The notes: a model not told the origin generated them from the letters alone. Counted from the stretch's first letter, positions 45,157 through 55,908 are shown. The stretch is 64,000 bases of DNA from Bacteroidales bacterium UBA5235 (GCA_002409145.1 DHUL01000044.1:29400-93399), one strand, 5' to 3'. Made by a program: numbers and translations.

Positions 45157-46503
45157 TTGAGCAGGCTGAAGATCATAGATAATATCTCGGGACTGCAGGC
45201 CGTGCAGCTGCTTAGATTCCTCACCTTTCTCATTATCAGCATCGTATTTACCAAGAGTCACCTCTCCAGGGCGCAGATAGGTAACTGGGAACTGTTCCTC
45301 TTCATCTCCAGCCTGCTGAGCTTCTTCTGGGTCACCGGCATCATACAGTCGCTCCTCACCCTCTATGAGCGCAACCGTACTTTCAGGGATGATGGAGCAA
45401 AGGAGGGAAGAAAATCACCTGAGATCTTCAATGCTTTTCTCCTGATCTCATTTTTCAGCCTCATGGTGTTCATCCTTGGCATACCAATCAGGTTCGTACT
45501 GGAATCATCACAGGCAGACCCTGACATACCTTATCCCAGCCTGCTGCTCCTTTATATCCTGCTGAGCAACCCCGTGGCGCTTATTGAATACATCTACCTC
45601 CTGAACAACCGTCCTCACAGAATACTCCAGTATGGCATTTACACCTATTCTGCACAGTTACTGCTTGTTCTGGCCCCGGTGGTCGCCGGGTATGATGAGA
45701 AGAGTGCCATCCTGGGGCTCTTCGCAATCACAGCCGTGCGGTGGATATGGCTCATCATAATTCTGCGCAGGTACACTCTTCTCAAGGTGTCACCCGGTTT
45801 CATCAGGGAGCACCTGAGGGTGGGGATGCCGCTCATCCTTACTTTTCTGATAAGCGGTTCTGCTCAGTATGTTGATGGAATAATTATCTCAGCACGGTAT
45901 TCCGACCCCGGGGTTTTTGCAATGTACCGTTACGGCGCCAAGGAGTTTCCGCTGGTACTGCTCCTTGCCAACGGACTGAGCAACGCCCTGCTGCCTCAGT
46001 TCAGTACCAGGGAAGGGATGCGGGAAGCCCTTGTGACGCTCAGAAAGCGGTCTGACAGACTTATCCGATACCTGTTCCCCCTCTCAATGATCACCATGCT
46101 CGTGGCCAGATGGGTCTACCCGCGCCTGTTCACCCCCGAATTCACAAGGAGTGCAGACGTGTTCATGATCTACCTGCTTCTGATCATTCCACGGCTGGTA
46201 TTCCCGCAGACAATCGTTATAGGAAGACGGAAGACCAATGTGACGCTCTATACCGCTGCCATTGAGCTGGCAGTGAACATCCCCCTGAGCCTCATGCTTA
46301 TAAAACCATATGGCGTGGTGGGCGTGGCACTGGCCACCTTCATTGTCTATTTCCTCGAGAAAATATTCCTTATGTATTACGTGTGGAAAAAAATGAAGAT
46401 CAGGCCCGCAGAATACATACCCCTGACCAGGTGGATCATATTTTCCACCTTGCTCATCCTGCTCTTCGTATTGATTGACCATCGCATCATAGACATCTAC
46501 TGA
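45157..46503 (+). CDS. Polysaccharide biosynthesis/oligosaccharide flippase (MOP/Wzx-like) membrane protein
   Basis: 448 aa, about 12-14 TM helices, with the PLVLLLANGLSNALLPQFS pattern. Apparent TTG start; no nearby in-frame ATG. Confidence 0.65.
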   Translation: MSRLKIIDNISGLQAVQLLRFLTFLIISIVFTKSHLSRAQIGNWELFLFISSLLSFFWVTGIIQSLLTLYERNRTFRDDGAKEGRKSPEIFNAFLLISFFSLMVFILGIPIRFVLESSQADPDIPYPSLLLLYILLSNPVALIEYIYLLNNRPHRILQYGIYTYSAQLLLVLAPVVAGYDEKSAILGLFAITAVRWIWLIIILRRYTLLKVSPGFIREHLRVGMPLILTFLISGSAQYVDGIIISARYSDPGVFAMYRYGAKEFPLVLLLANGLSNALLPQFSTREGMREALVTLRKRSDRLIRYLFPLSMITMLVARWVYPRLFTPEFTRSADVFMIYLLLIIPRLVFPQTIVIGRRKTNVTLYTAAIELAVNIPLSLMLIKPYGVVGVALATFIVYFLEKIFLMYYVWKKMKIRPAEYIPLTRWIIFSTLLILLFVLIDHRIIDIY

Positions 46504-46594
46504 CCGCGTATCAGAAACGGCGGAAGAGCACCCGTCTCTTTCGTAAGTACAAAAAGAATTATATTTGGGACATATATACAATGCCTGAAAAAGT

Positions 46595-48082
46595 ATGGCT
46601 TTTCACGACACCACCCTGGAGGATTATTTCGGCAAATTCAGGAGAAATATAGTAGGGATTGACCAGGATTACACCTCTCCTTATGGTCAGAAGAAGATCA
46701 TTTACTGTGACTGGATAGCCAGCGGAAGGCTATACGGGCCGATAGAAGATAAAATGAGCCATCTGTTCGGCCCGTTCGTCGGCAATACACATACCGAAAC
46801 CTCCGAGACAGGATCGATGATGACATGGGCATACCATCATGCCCAGGAGATAATCAAGAAGCATGTGAACGCCGGGCCTGACGATGTGCTTATAGCCGCA
46901 GGAGCCGGCATGACGGCAGTCATCAATAAGTTCCAGAGAATACTGGGGCTCAAGGGTTGCAGCTACCCCAGGACAGCACGCTGCCTGAATGAAACAGAAC
47001 GTCCGGTGGTATTCATCACCCATATTGAACACCATTCAAACCAGACCTCATGGTACGAGACACTTGCTGATGTGGTTATCATTGAACCGGGAAGTGACCT
47101 CACTGTTGACCCTGAAAACCTGAAAAAAGCACTTTTAAAGTATAGTGACAGAAAATTCAAGATAGGATCATTCTCTGCCTGCTCAAATGTCACAGGGGTG
47201 TTCACTCCATATCACACCCTTGCACGCATAATGCATGAACACGGCGGACTCTGTTTCGTTGATTTCGCCGCCTCAGCCCCCTATGTTGAGATGAACATGC
47301 ATCCGGCAGATCCCATGGAAAAGCTGGACGCCATATTCTTCTCACCGCATAAGTTCCTGGGCGGACCCGGATCTTCAGGCATCATGTTGTTTGATAAGTC
47401 ATTATATAAATCTTCAGCCCCTGACCAGCCGGGAGGAGGGACGGTTGACTGGACCAATCCCTGGGGTGAGTACAAGTATGTTGACAACATCGAGTCGAGG
47501 GAAGATGGTGGTACCCCGGCTTTCCTGCAGATGATAAGGGCCGCCCTGGCCATCAGGCTGAAGGAGCAGATGGGCACCGAAAAGATAAGAGCCCGTGAGG
47601 AGGAGCTCCTGGAGAGGACTTTCTGCGGGTTGTCAGCCATACAGGGGCTGCACATCCTTGCACCAAACGTCAGGCACCGGCTGGGTGCAGTCTCCTTTTA
47701 TATTGACGGACTGCACTATAACCTCGTGGTCAAGCTGCTTAGTGACAGGTATGGTATCCAGGTCAGGGGCGGTTGTGCATGCGCAGGCACTTACGGCCAT
47801 TACCTGCTCGACGTGACCTATGACCACAGCCACCACATCACTGAGATGATCAACCGGGGTGACCTGTCAGAAAAACCCGGATGGGTCAGGCTGTCAATCC
47901 ATCCCACCATGACCGGTGAAGAACTTGAAACTGTTATTGCTGCTCTCGGGGAGATAAGAAACCATTCTGGTGACTGGTGCAATGATTATATCTACTGCAG
48001 GCGGACCAATGAATTTAACCACCCCGCTGACACAGGAGATGGCATGGAGAGAGTCCGCTCATGGTTTAACCTTAAGACGTGA
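46595..48082 (+). CDS. Class V aminotransferase-fold PLP enzyme (cysteine desulfurase/SufS-like family)
   Basis: 495 aa. FITHIEHHSN, SACSNVTG and the PLP-lysine context FFSPHKFLGGPGSSG. Confidence 0.8.
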   Translation: MAFHDTTLEDYFGKFRRNIVGIDQDYTSPYGQKKIIYCDWIASGRLYGPIEDKMSHLFGPFVGNTHTETSETGSMMTWAYHHAQEIIKKHVNAGPDDVLIAAGAGMTAVINKFQRILGLKGCSYPRTARCLNETERPVVFITHIEHHSNQTSWYETLADVVIIEPGSDLTVDPENLKKALLKYSDRKFKIGSFSACSNVTGVFTPYHTLARIMHEHGGLCFVDFAASAPYVEMNMHPADPMEKLDAIFFSPHKFLGGPGSSGIMLFDKSLYKSSAPDQPGGGTVDWTNPWGEYKYVDNIESREDGGTPAFLQMIRAALAIRLKEQMGTEKIRAREEELLERTFCGLSAIQGLHILAPNVRHRLGAVSFYIDGLHYNLVVKLLSDRYGIQVRGGCACAGTYGHYLLDVTYDHSHHITEMINRGDLSEKPGWVRLSIHPTMTGEELETVIAALGEIRNHSGDWCNDYIYCRRTNEFNHPADTGDGMERVRSWFNLKT

Positions 48083-48087
48083 ATACG

Positions 48088-49296
48088 ATGAAAATCACCG
48101 AAGTCACTTCAGAATCCCTCAGGAAGGAATTCATTGAGTTCCCGAAAAGGCTGTACAAGGGAGACCCCGGCTGGGTCTGTCCCCTTGACAGTGAGACGGA
48201 GGCTGTCTTTGACCGCGAACGTAATGCTGCCTTCAGGAACGGCGAGGCAGTACGGTGGATACTCTCCGACGGTGATGGTACGACAATAGGCAGGGTGGCG
48301 GCATTCATCGATGAGATTCGCTCAAAAGCAAACAGGCAGCCAACGGGAGGACTTGGTTTCTTCGAGGTCATCGAGTCGCGTGAGGCTGCTTTCATCCTCT
48401 TTGATACCGCCCGGCAGTGGCTGGCGGAGAGAGGGATGAAAGCAATGGACGGTCCGATAAATTTCGGTGAGAATGACAACTACTGGGGTCTGCTGGTGGA
48501 AGGATTCACGCAGCCCGGTTTCGGAATGCCCTACAACAAACCCTATTACTGGCAGTATTTCACTGATTATGGTTTCCGGACCTATTTCGAACAGTACAGT
48601 TACCATAAGGATGTGGCTGCTGTGGAGGTCTTCCCGGAACGGTTCAGGAAGATAGCCGAGTGGATCTCTAAGAAACCCGGATATTCCTACCGTCACTTCA
48701 GCTTTTCGGAGCGTGACAAATTTGCCGCCGACATGGTGGAGATATATAATGCCACCTGGGCAGTGTTCAAGGAGGACTTCACCCCGCTTGATCCTGCCCG
48801 GATAGAGAACACCCTGCGCCAGGCCAGTGCCTTTATTGATCCCGAGCTGATCTGGTTTGCATATCATAATGACAGGCCTGTTGCATTCTTCATTATTTTC
48901 CCTGACCTGAACCAGATAATCAGGCACTTCAACGGCCGCATGACACCACTGAACAAGGTCCGGTTCCTATGGTACAGGATGACTCATGAGATGACCCGGG
49001 CCAGAGCCCTTGTTGCCGGAGTACACCCCTCTTACCAGAACACCGGCATCGAATCAGCCATCTTCCTGGAGCTGTTCCGTGTCTTCAGGAAGAAGAGGTT
49101 TTACAGGGAGCTTGAGCTCTCCTGGGTGGGAGATTTCAATCCGAAGATGATCTCGATTTACGAAGCTATTGGAGCCACCAGGGCGAAGACCCACCTCACC
49201 CTGAGGTATATGATGGATGAGAATCTCCCTTTTAAGATGTACAAGGACGAGATGGAGGAAAACAGGGCTGCAAGACAGGCCAGACAGAAGGAATGA
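48088..49296 (+). CDS. Large GNAT-like acyltransferase-fold protein (uncharacterised family)
   Basis: 402 aa from ATG 48088 (track GTG 48079 overlaps the upstream stop). The C-terminal VAGVHPSYQNTGIESAIFLELF resembles a GNAT acyl-CoA-binding motif. Confidence 0.5.
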   Translation: MKITEVTSESLRKEFIEFPKRLYKGDPGWVCPLDSETEAVFDRERNAAFRNGEAVRWILSDGDGTTIGRVAAFIDEIRSKANRQPTGGLGFFEVIESREAAFILFDTARQWLAERGMKAMDGPINFGENDNYWGLLVEGFTQPGFGMPYNKPYYWQYFTDYGFRTYFEQYSYHKDVAAVEVFPERFRKIAEWISKKPGYSYRHFSFSERDKFAADMVEIYNATWAVFKEDFTPLDPARIENTLRQASAFIDPELIWFAYHNDRPVAFFIIFPDLNQIIRHFNGRMTPLNKVRFLWYRMTHEMTRARALVAGVHPSYQNTGIESAIFLELFRVFRKKRFYRELELSWVGDFNPKMISIYEAIGATRAKTHLTLRYMMDENLPFKMYKDEMEENRAARQARQKE

Positions 49297-49337
49297 AATT
49301 TTTTTGATACTCTTTTTGCATTTTCTTTATTGTTCAT

Positions 49338-49345
49338 TATCTTTG
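49338..49345 (+). promoter_or_regulatory. -7 box TATCTTTG for rpmE2, with TTG at 49316-49318
   Basis: TAnnTTTG match 49 nt upstream of ATG 49394. Confidence 0.5.
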
Positions 49346-49393
49346 CACTCCCTTGAAAAAGGGATTTTTGAACAGTAATAAATTATATCAGAG

Positions 49394-49660
49394 ATGAAAG
49401 AAGGTATACATCCGAACAATTACAGGCTGGTTGTATTTCAGGATATGTCAAACGGATTCACCTTTATGACGCGTTCAACGGCCGGATCACGAGATACCAT
49501 CAAGTGGGAGGACGGCAAGGAGTATCCGCTCATCAAGCTTGAGATTTCAAACACATCACATCCTTTCTACACAGGTAAGATGAAGCTTGTTGACACAGCC
49601 GGAAGGGTAGACAAGTTCATGAACCGTTACAAGGATCATCTTGCGAAGAAGGCGAAGTAA
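49394..49660 (+). CDS. rpmE2: 50S ribosomal protein L31, type B (no zinc ribbon)
   Basis: 88 aa. [19 protein letters not shown]...HPFYTGK...VDKFMNRY. Lacks the CxxC pairs. Confidence 0.92.
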   Translation: MKEGIHPNNYRLVVFQDMSNGFTFMTRSTAGSRDTIKWEDGKEYPLIKLEISNTSHPFYTGKMKLVDTAGRVDKFMNRYKDHLAKKAK

Positions 49661-49678
49661 CTGATAGTCACATGATAT

Positions 49679-49710
49679 AAGGCTGCCTTAAACAAGGCGG
49701 CTTTTTTTTT
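49679..49710 (+). terminator. Rho-independent terminator after rpmE2
   Basis: AAGGCTGCCTT-AAAC-AAGGCGGCTT hairpin plus T9. Confidence 0.8.
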
Positions 49711-49773
49711 GTTTGACTATGGCAAATGCCGCAAGGATACAACAGTTGCCGGCACAGGCAGAGTAATATTAAG

Positions 49774-49781
49774 TAAATTTG
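49774..49781 (+). promoter_or_regulatory. -7 box TAAATTTG for lon
   Basis: TAnnTTTG match 17 nt upstream of ATG 49798. Confidence 0.4.
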
Positions 49782-49797
49782 CATACTTTTACTTCAT

Positions 49798-52260
49798 ATG
49801 GAAAAGAAGGTTTACGGAAAGTGGGACAGAATCGGTTTGCATGAGCTGATAGATGAGGGAAGAGAGATAATTCCTATCCTTTCGGATGGTGATGACCAGG
49901 AGTTGGAGGAGGTGCAGATACCCGGGAGCGTTCCCCTGTTGCCGCTGCGGAACACCGTTCTGTTTCCCGGGGTTGTGATACCAATTGCCGTAGGACGTTC
50001 CAAATCGGTGCAGCTGGTGCGGGACGCCTACCGGGGTGATAAGCTGGTTGCCGCAGTGGCACAGCTCGATGCCGAAGTGGATGACCCTGGTGTGCGTGAC
50101 CTGAACGTAGTTGGCACTCTCGGCCATGTTGTAAAGCTCCTGGAGATGCCTGACGGCACTACCACCGCCATAATCCAGGGCAGGAAAAGAGTTGCAATTG
50201 ACAACATAATCCAGACCACACCCTATATGACTGCACAGGTGAGGGCCATGCCCGAACCAAGGGGAGTGGAGGATGAGAAGGATTTCGAAGTGATAATCGG
50301 CTCACTGAAGGATCTCTCCGTCAAGATCGTCAAGCTGAATCCGAACATCAGTCCGGAAGCCACCTTCGCTGTGAGGAATATAGAGAACAGCACTTACCTG
50401 ATAAATTATATATGTGCCAACACCGAAATCAACGTCACTGACAAGCAGAAGCTTCTCGAAGCAAATTCGATCAGGGAGCGCGGACTGAGGCTGCTTGAGC
50501 ACCTTGTACGTGAGATACAGCTGCTTGAGCTTAAGAATGAACTGCAGTCGAAGGTAAAGTACGAGATTGACCAGCAGCAACGTGAGTTCCTGCTTCATCA
50601 GCAGATGAAGACCATCCAGAATGAGCTGGGTGGCAATCCCATAGAGAAGGAGGTTGAGGAGTTTCGCGCCAGGGGCGCGAATAAAACCTGGGGTGAGGAT
50701 GTGTCAAAGGTCTTCAGCCGGGAGCTTGATAAGCTGTCACGTCTCAATCCGGCTGCTGCCGAATACTCTGTGCAGGTTAATTACATTCAGACTTTACTTG
50801 AGCTGCCATGGAATGAGTATACCACTGATAATCTTGATCTTAAGAATGCCCAGAGCGTACTCGACGAAGATCACTACGGGCTTGAGGAGGTCAAGGAGAG
50901 GATACTCGAGCACCTTGCTGTGCTGAAGCTTAAGGGCGACCTGAAATCTCCCATCCTCTGTCTTTACGGCCCGCCGGGAGTGGGCAAAACCTCACTGGGC
51001 AAGTCAGTTGCCCGTGCATTGGGGCGTAAATATGCACGCATGTCACTCGGCGGATTGCATGACGAGGCTGAGATCAGGGGACACCGCAAGACTTACATCG
51101 GAGCAATGCCTGGCAGGGTGGTGCAGAACATAAGGAGGGCAGGCTCTTCAAACCCCGTCTTTATCCTTGACGAGATAGACAAGGTGGGACAGGACTTCAG
51201 GGGAGACCCCTCGTCAGCCCTCCTGGAGGTGCTTGACCCGGAGCAGAACACACATTTCTATGATAACTTCCTGGAGCTGGAATTTGACCTCTCTAAAGTA
51301 CTGTTCATTGCCACAGCCAACACGCTCTCGACGGTGAGCCCGGCACTGCGTGACAGGATGGAGCTTATTGAGATATCAGGATATCTTGTGGAGGAAAAGC
51401 GCGAGATAGCCATCAGGCATCTTATTCCCAAGCAGCTGGAAGCGCACGGAGTGACACGGGAACAGTTCATTCTCAGCCGTGAGGTTATTGAGGAGATGAT
51501 TCAGAAATATACCCGCGAATCAGGTGTCAGGGAGCTTGACAAGAGGATAGCCAAGCTGATCAGGTTCAGGGCCCGTGAGATAGCCTTTGAAAACAAGCCG
51601 GAGGCTGAGGTCACCTCTGCCATGGTGGAAGAGATACTTGGTCCCCCGAAATACCTGAAAGACATTTATGACGGCAATGATCAGGCTGGCGTTGTCACCG
51701 GCCTGGCATGGACCGCCACCGGAGGCGAGATACTCTTTGTGGAGACCAGCCTCAGCCGTGGCAAGGGTAACCTGACACTTACCGGCAACCTGGGTGAGGT
51801 GATGAAGGAGTCAGCCGTGATCGCCCTTGAGTACCTGAAGGCACATGCCTCACTTCTCGGACTCCCCGAGACATTTGCCGAGAAATGGAATATTCACATA
51901 CACGTACCCGAGGGGGCTATCCCCAAGGACGGTCCTTCAGCCGGTATAACCATGGCCGTATCAGTGGCTTCGGGATTCACCCAGAGAAAGGTGAAGAAAT
52001 ATGTGGCCATGACCGGCGAGATCACCCTGAGGGGAAAGGTGCTTCCTGTTGGTGGTATTAAAGAAAAGATCCTGGCAGCCAAACGTGCCGGAATAAAGGA
52101 GATAGTGCTCTCGGAACAAAACAGGAAGGATGTGGAGGAGATCAATGAGAAGTATGTCAGGGGGTTGAAATTCAAGTATGTAAGTACGATCATGGATGTG
52201 CTTGACCATGTGCTGCTTCAGCAGAAGGTGGCAAATCCGAGGGTAATTGAATTTGAATAA
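49798..52260 (+). CDS. lon: ATP-dependent Lon protease (endopeptidase La)
   Basis: 820 aa. LON N-domain [16 protein letters not shown], Walker [12 protein letters not shown], Walker B FILDEIDK, catalytic DGPSAGITM...GGIKEK. Confidence 0.96.
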   Translation: MEKKVYGKWDRIGLHELIDEGREIIPILSDGDDQELEEVQIPGSVPLLPLRNTVLFPGVVIPIAVGRSKSVQLVRDAYRGDKLVAAVAQLDAEVDDPGVRDLNVVGTLGHVVKLLEMPDGTTTAIIQGRKRVAIDNIIQTTPYMTAQVRAMPEPRGVEDEKDFEVIIGSLKDLSVKIVKLNPNISPEATFAVRNIENSTYLINYICANTEINVTDKQKLLEANSIRERGLRLLEHLVREIQLLELKNELQSKVKYEIDQQQREFLLHQQMKTIQNELGGNPIEKEVEEFRARGANKTWGEDVSKVFSRELDKLSRLNPAAAEYSVQVNYIQTLLELPWNEYTTDNLDLKNAQSVLDEDHYGLEEVKERILEHLAVLKLKGDLKSPILCLYGPPGVGKTSLGKSVARALGRKYARMSLGGLHDEAEIRGHRKTYIGAMPGRVVQNIRRAGSSNPVFILDEIDKVGQDFRGDPSSALLEVLDPEQNTHFYDNFLELEFDLSKVLFIATANTLSTVSPALRDRMELIEISGYLVEEKREIAIRHLIPKQLEAHGVTREQFILSREVIEEMIQKYTRESGVRELDKRIAKLIRFRAREIAFENKPEAEVTSAMVEEILGPPKYLKDIYDGNDQAGVVTGLAWTATGGEILFVETSLSRGKGNLTLTGNLGEVMKESAVIALEYLKAHASLLGLPETFAEKWNIHIHVPEGAIPKDGPSAGITMAVSVASGFTQRKVKKYVAMTGEITLRGKVLPVGGIKEKILAAKRAGIKEIVLSEQNRKDVEEINEKYVRGLKFKYVSTIMDVLDHVLLQQKVANPRVIEFE

Positions 52261-52275
52261 CAGCAGAATCAGGTC

Positions 52276-52752
52276 ATGGATAAAGTTGCTCTTTTCCCGG
52301 GTTCGTTTGATCCCTTTACAGTCGGGCATGAGTCACTGGTAAGAAGAGGCCTCCAGCTCTTTGACAGGATTGTCATTGCAGTAGGGGAGAATGCCGACAA
52401 GAAAAACCTCTTTACTATACAAATGCGTATGAAGATGATCTCAAAGGTCTTCGAGGGTGAGAGCAGGATTGAGGTTACCCGCTACAGCGGCCTTACGGTG
52501 GAGTTCTGCCGCAGTTGCGGGGCACGATATATCCTGAGGGGGCTCCGGACCGCAGTCGATTTCGAATACGAAAGGGCTATGGGTCACATGAACTGGAAGA
52601 TGGCCCCGGAGATAGATACCGTCTTCCTCCTTACAAGCACCGAGCATACCCCGATAAACTCCACAATTGTCCGCGACATAATCAGGAACGGCGGCGATGT
52701 TTCCATGTTCGTCCCGGCTGTGATCAACATCTCAGACTACCTGGAGAACTAG
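52276..52752 (+). CDS. coaD: Phosphopantetheine adenylyltransferase
   Basis: 158 aa. ALFPGSFDPFTVGHESLV, RGLR, SSTIVR-like INSTIVRDI. Confidence 0.93.
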   Translation: MDKVALFPGSFDPFTVGHESLVRRGLQLFDRIVIAVGENADKKNLFTIQMRMKMISKVFEGESRIEVTRYSGLTVEFCRSCGARYILRGLRTAVDFEYERAMGHMNWKMAPEIDTVFLLTSTEHTPINSTIVRDIIRNGGDVSMFVPAVINISDYLEN

Positions 52753-52876
52753 ACCCTTCCGGACAGGCGTGCCAGGAAACAGGTCCGCCAGAAAACAGAC
52801 CCGCCCGGAATATTCGATCATAAATCGGTTCTGATCTGACCGTTCTGCAAAGGCCAGCCGGTATGGAACAGTGTGA

Positions 52877-53494
52877 TTACTTTACCCTGAGTGTATAATT
52901 CAACAGATCAAGAAGCGACTGGAAGGTGTTTGACTTGATTCTTGCTATCTCGTCAGGGGCAAGCCATTCTGCGTGTGTGATTCCCTCTGATGCCTGTGGG
53001 TCAGTGATCATATCTCCCCTGTAGCTCATCCTGAACCACCATGTCTTCTTCATGTAGGGCTTATTTTCAAACAGGTAGGTGTGGTAGCTTGGCGGAAGCG
53101 GACTCTCGATGATGTGGCCCCGGATGTTGCACTCTTCCGTTACCTCCCTGATGGCGCACTCTTCAGGCGTCTCATTCTCCTCCATATGACCTTTCGGAAG
53201 ATCCCACCGGCCATATCTCATAATGAAGAGATAGCGGCCCGAGGGATGCCCCACCAGGCCTCCGGCAGCATTTATAACCACAAACCATGACGAAAAAACC
53301 TTCCAGAGGTTGTTGATATCCAATGAATAAATATTCAGGGAGGGGATTTCATTATTGACTGCAAACTGTGATATTTGGGTGAAGAGTTCCTCCGGTTGGT
53401 TGTATTTATGATAAAGGGTGTATTTTTGCACCCTGTCAGGTTCGGGGGAGAGAGTGATGACCCTGTTGTCAAAATATACCTTATACTTCACCAT
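52877..53494 (-). CDS. NUDIX hydrolase with N-terminal extension
   Basis: 205 aa. Nudix box GHMEENETPEECAIREVTEECNI. Confidence 0.85.
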   Translation of the reverse strand: MVKYKVYFDNRVITLSPEPDRVQKYTLYHKYNQPEELFTQISQFAVNNEIPSLNIYSLDINNLWKVFSSWFVVINAAGGLVGHPSGRYLFIMRYGRWDLPKGHMEENETPEECAIREVTEECNIRGHIIESPLPPSYHTYLFENKPYMKKTWWFRMSYRGDMITDPQASEGITHAEWLAPDEIARIKSNTFQSLLDLLNYTLRVK

Positions 53495-54136
53495 ATGGAC
53501 GAAACAGCAAGAAAAACCGCAGAATACCTACTGCAAATTAAAGCAATAAAATTACAACCGGCAAAACCTTTTACGTGGGCTTCCGGATGGAAGTCGCCCA
53601 TCTACTGTGACAATCGCATGACTCTTTCCTTTCCTGAGGTTCGCGGGTTCATACGTGACTCTTTTGCCGCGAAGGTGAGGGAGCTCTATCCGGATGCCGG
53701 CCTGATAGCCGGGGTGGCAACGGGTGCCATTGCTCACGGTGCCCTGGCAGCTGACGCTCTCGGAATGCCCTTTGTATATGTCAGGTCAGGCGCCAAGGAT
53801 CACGGTCTTGGAAACCAGATTGAAGGGAGGTATGAAAAAGGGCAGAAAGTGGTTGTGATAGAAGACCTGATTTCGACCGGAGGAAGCAGTCTGGGTGCTG
53901 TCAGGGCTCTCCGCGAAGCGGGATGTGAGGTGCTGGGGATGATTGCCATTTTTACCTATGGCTTTGCAAAGGCAGTTGACGCCTTTCAGGCAGAGGGATG
54001 CAAACTAGATACTCTCAGCAATTACAACGTACTGGTAGATCTGGCTGATGCATCAGGCTATATTTCCCACGGCGATGTGGAAACACTGAAGGAGTGGCGC
54101 AAAGACCCGTCCTCATGGGGAACAGGAAAGGAGTAA
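53495..54136 (+). CDS. pyrE: Orotate phosphoribosyltransferase
   Basis: 213 aa from MDETARKTAEYLLQIKAIKL... FTWASGWKSPIYCDNR and the PRPP motif VVVIEDLISTGGSS. The track start 53375 is an antisense-overlap artefact. Confidence 0.93.
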   Translation: MDETARKTAEYLLQIKAIKLQPAKPFTWASGWKSPIYCDNRMTLSFPEVRGFIRDSFAAKVRELYPDAGLIAGVATGAIAHGALAADALGMPFVYVRSGAKDHGLGNQIEGRYEKGQKVVVIEDLISTGGSSLGAVRALREAGCEVLGMIAIFTYGFAKAVDAFQAEGCKLDTLSNYNVLVDLADASGYISHGDVETLKEWRKDPSSWGTGKE

Positions 54137-54184
54137 CAGCAGGGACAGATTATTGATTATGAAGAAAGACAGAAAGACCGGGAT

Positions 54185-54631
54185 ATGAGCCCGATGACTA
54201 CATATACCAGCAGGAGGGGAGAGGTCCCGTGCGGGGACAAAGACCTATACGCATTCCTGACAGACATGAGGAATTTCCGGTCGGTCATGCCGGCGGATTC
54301 GGTTGCAGACTGGGAGGCAACGGAAGACAGTTGCAGTTTCAAAACTGACGGGGCTGGTCGCATCACCGTGGCTCTGTCGGAAGCAATGCCTCATTCGGAG
54401 ATAACATATGACGCGGAGTCTTTCCTCACAGGGAAAGTCAGGGTGAGGCTCTATATAGAGTTCATCAGTGGTATGAGGTCAGCGGTTCGCATTGATACCG
54501 GGCTGAACATGAATCCACTCCTGCGGATGCTGATTGGTGATTCGGCGGGCAGATACATCGATATGCTGATGGATATGATCGAGTCATACGACGGGTATGA
54601 CAGGGTCAGAGGATGTAATCAATCTCCCTGA
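54185..54631 (+). CDS. Hypothetical protein (SRPBCC-like fold suspected)
   Basis: 148 aa, mixed beta then long C-terminal helix pattern. Its 3' end overlaps the birA 3' end by 26 nt (convergent). Confidence 0.35.
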   Translation: MSPMTTYTSRRGEVPCGDKDLYAFLTDMRNFRSVMPADSVADWEATEDSCSFKTDGAGRITVALSEAMPHSEITYDAESFLTGKVRVRLYIEFISGMRSAVRIDTGLNMNPLLRMLIGDSAGRYIDMLMDMIESYDGYDRVRGCNQSP

Positions 54632-55346
54632 ACGCATAAAGGCGGCTGGTACCGTCTCTTCTCCTGACTGAGAGCATGCCGTCAGACATCACCCCCCCGA
54701 TCATCCCTTCAAACTCGCCGCTGTCATCTGAATAGCGGTGCCATTTCCCGGCCCGGTAGAGAACCTGGTGGTACTCACTCTCCAGTGCAGCTGTCTCCCC
54801 ATTGATGACCATGGCGTACCGCCTGTCAAGGGCAGCTATCAGCTCCTCTTTCACAGCCTTGAGATAATGGGTTGTGCCTGTAACCTGTTTCAGCGAAACA
54901 GGATTTGGCGCCCCGCTCCGGAAGACCACCTGGTTTACATTGAGCCCGATACCCGATATGCTGCTGCCCAGGGTCTCGCCTATGATGCTGTTTTCGATCA
55001 GGATACCCGCAATTTTGTCATTGCCCACATAGATGTCATTGGGCCACTTGATGCTCGCATTCCGTGTATGCCTCGATACCAGGTCATAAACTGCCAGCGA
55101 AACCATCCTTGAAATAATGAATTGATCGGCTGGCCGGACCATGACCGGATAAAGTATTACACTCATAATCAGATTCTTGCCGGGCTCGCTCTCCCAGCTG
55201 TTCCCGGGCTGCCCCTTGCCGCTTTCCTGGTATGAAGCCGTTATTACCGTACCTTCAGCAGGAGCCTGCTCATTCAACATGGCAGCTGCCACAGTGTTTG
55301 TTGATGACACTTTTTCGAAGTGCCTGACATATGTACCTACTATCAT
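54606..55346 (-). CDS. birA: Biotin-[acetyl-CoA-carboxylase] ligase
   Basis: 246 aa from MIVGTYVRHFEKVSSTN... QESGKGQPGNSWESEPGKNL, KWPNDIY, KIAGILIE. Confidence 0.88.
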   Translation of the reverse strand: MIVGTYVRHFEKVSSTNTVAAAMLNEQAPAEGTVITASYQESGKGQPGNSWESEPGKNLIMSVILYPVMVRPADQFIISRMVSLAVYDLVSRHTRNASIKWPNDIYVGNDKIAGILIENSIIGETLGSSISGIGLNVNQVVFRSGAPNPVSLKQVTGTTHYLKAVKEELIAALDRRYAMVINGETAALESEYHQVLYRAGKWHRYSDDSGEFEGMIGGVMSDGMLSVRRRDGTSRLYAFREIDYIL

Positions 55347-55468
55347 GACAATCACCTGACAAAGGGACGCTTCTCTGGCGGAGAACGGCAGTAATAACCG
55401 TTCTGAACAAATTGGCACCCAAATTGTAAAAAGAGCTTAGACCGGACTAAAATACGGATAAATGTTCG

Positions 55469-55476
55469 TAATTTTG
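55469..55476 (+). promoter_or_regulatory. -7 box TAATTTTG for rsfS-ftsH
   Basis: TAnnTTTG match 41 nt upstream of ATG 55517. Confidence 0.45.
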
Positions 55477-55516
55477 CGACTACTTACAGAACTGTTTATA
55501 ACTGAAAAGATTATTG

Positions 55517-55900
55517 ATGAGAAAAGGCACAAAGGAGGCCACCGGGGTGACTGACAGTATTGTCAGGGGTCTGCTGGAGAAAAAGGGTGAGAAGGTGGCC
55601 CTGATTGATCTGAGGAATATTGATAGCAGGATTTGTGACTGGTTTGTTATCAGTCATGCCGCATCCACCAGACAGGTTGATTCACTGGCATGGTCAGTAG
55701 AGGATGTGGTCAGAAGGGAGACAGGCGTTAAACCATACCACATCGAGGGAAGGGAGAATTGCATATGGGTACTGCTAGACTACGGCGATATTCTCGTACA
55801 TATATTCCAAAAGCCTTACAGGGAATTTTACGATCTGGAGTCGTTATGGGCCGACGGCCGTATAACGTACCTCGGTGACAACTTGGAAAAGAAAGGTTAA
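55517..55900 (+). CDS. rsfS: Ribosome silencing factor RsfS (iojap)
   Basis: 127 aa. DWFVISHAASTRQVDSLA...EGRENCIWVLLDYGDILVHIF...YDLESLW. Confidence 0.9.
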   Translation: MRKGTKEATGVTDSIVRGLLEKKGEKVALIDLRNIDSRICDWFVISHAASTRQVDSLAWSVEDVVRRETGVKPYHIEGRENCIWVLLDYGDILVHIFQKPYREFYDLESLWADGRITYLGDNLEKKG

Positions 55901-55908
55901 CTAATATT

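Noticed and set aside
49349-49369. Small hairpin TCCCTT-GAAA-AAGGGA followed by T5 in the rpmE2 leader as an attenuator or riboswitch
   Set aside because: The stem is only 6 bp and lies immediately after the -7 box, so it may not even be fully transcribed. I recall no conserved leader structure for it.
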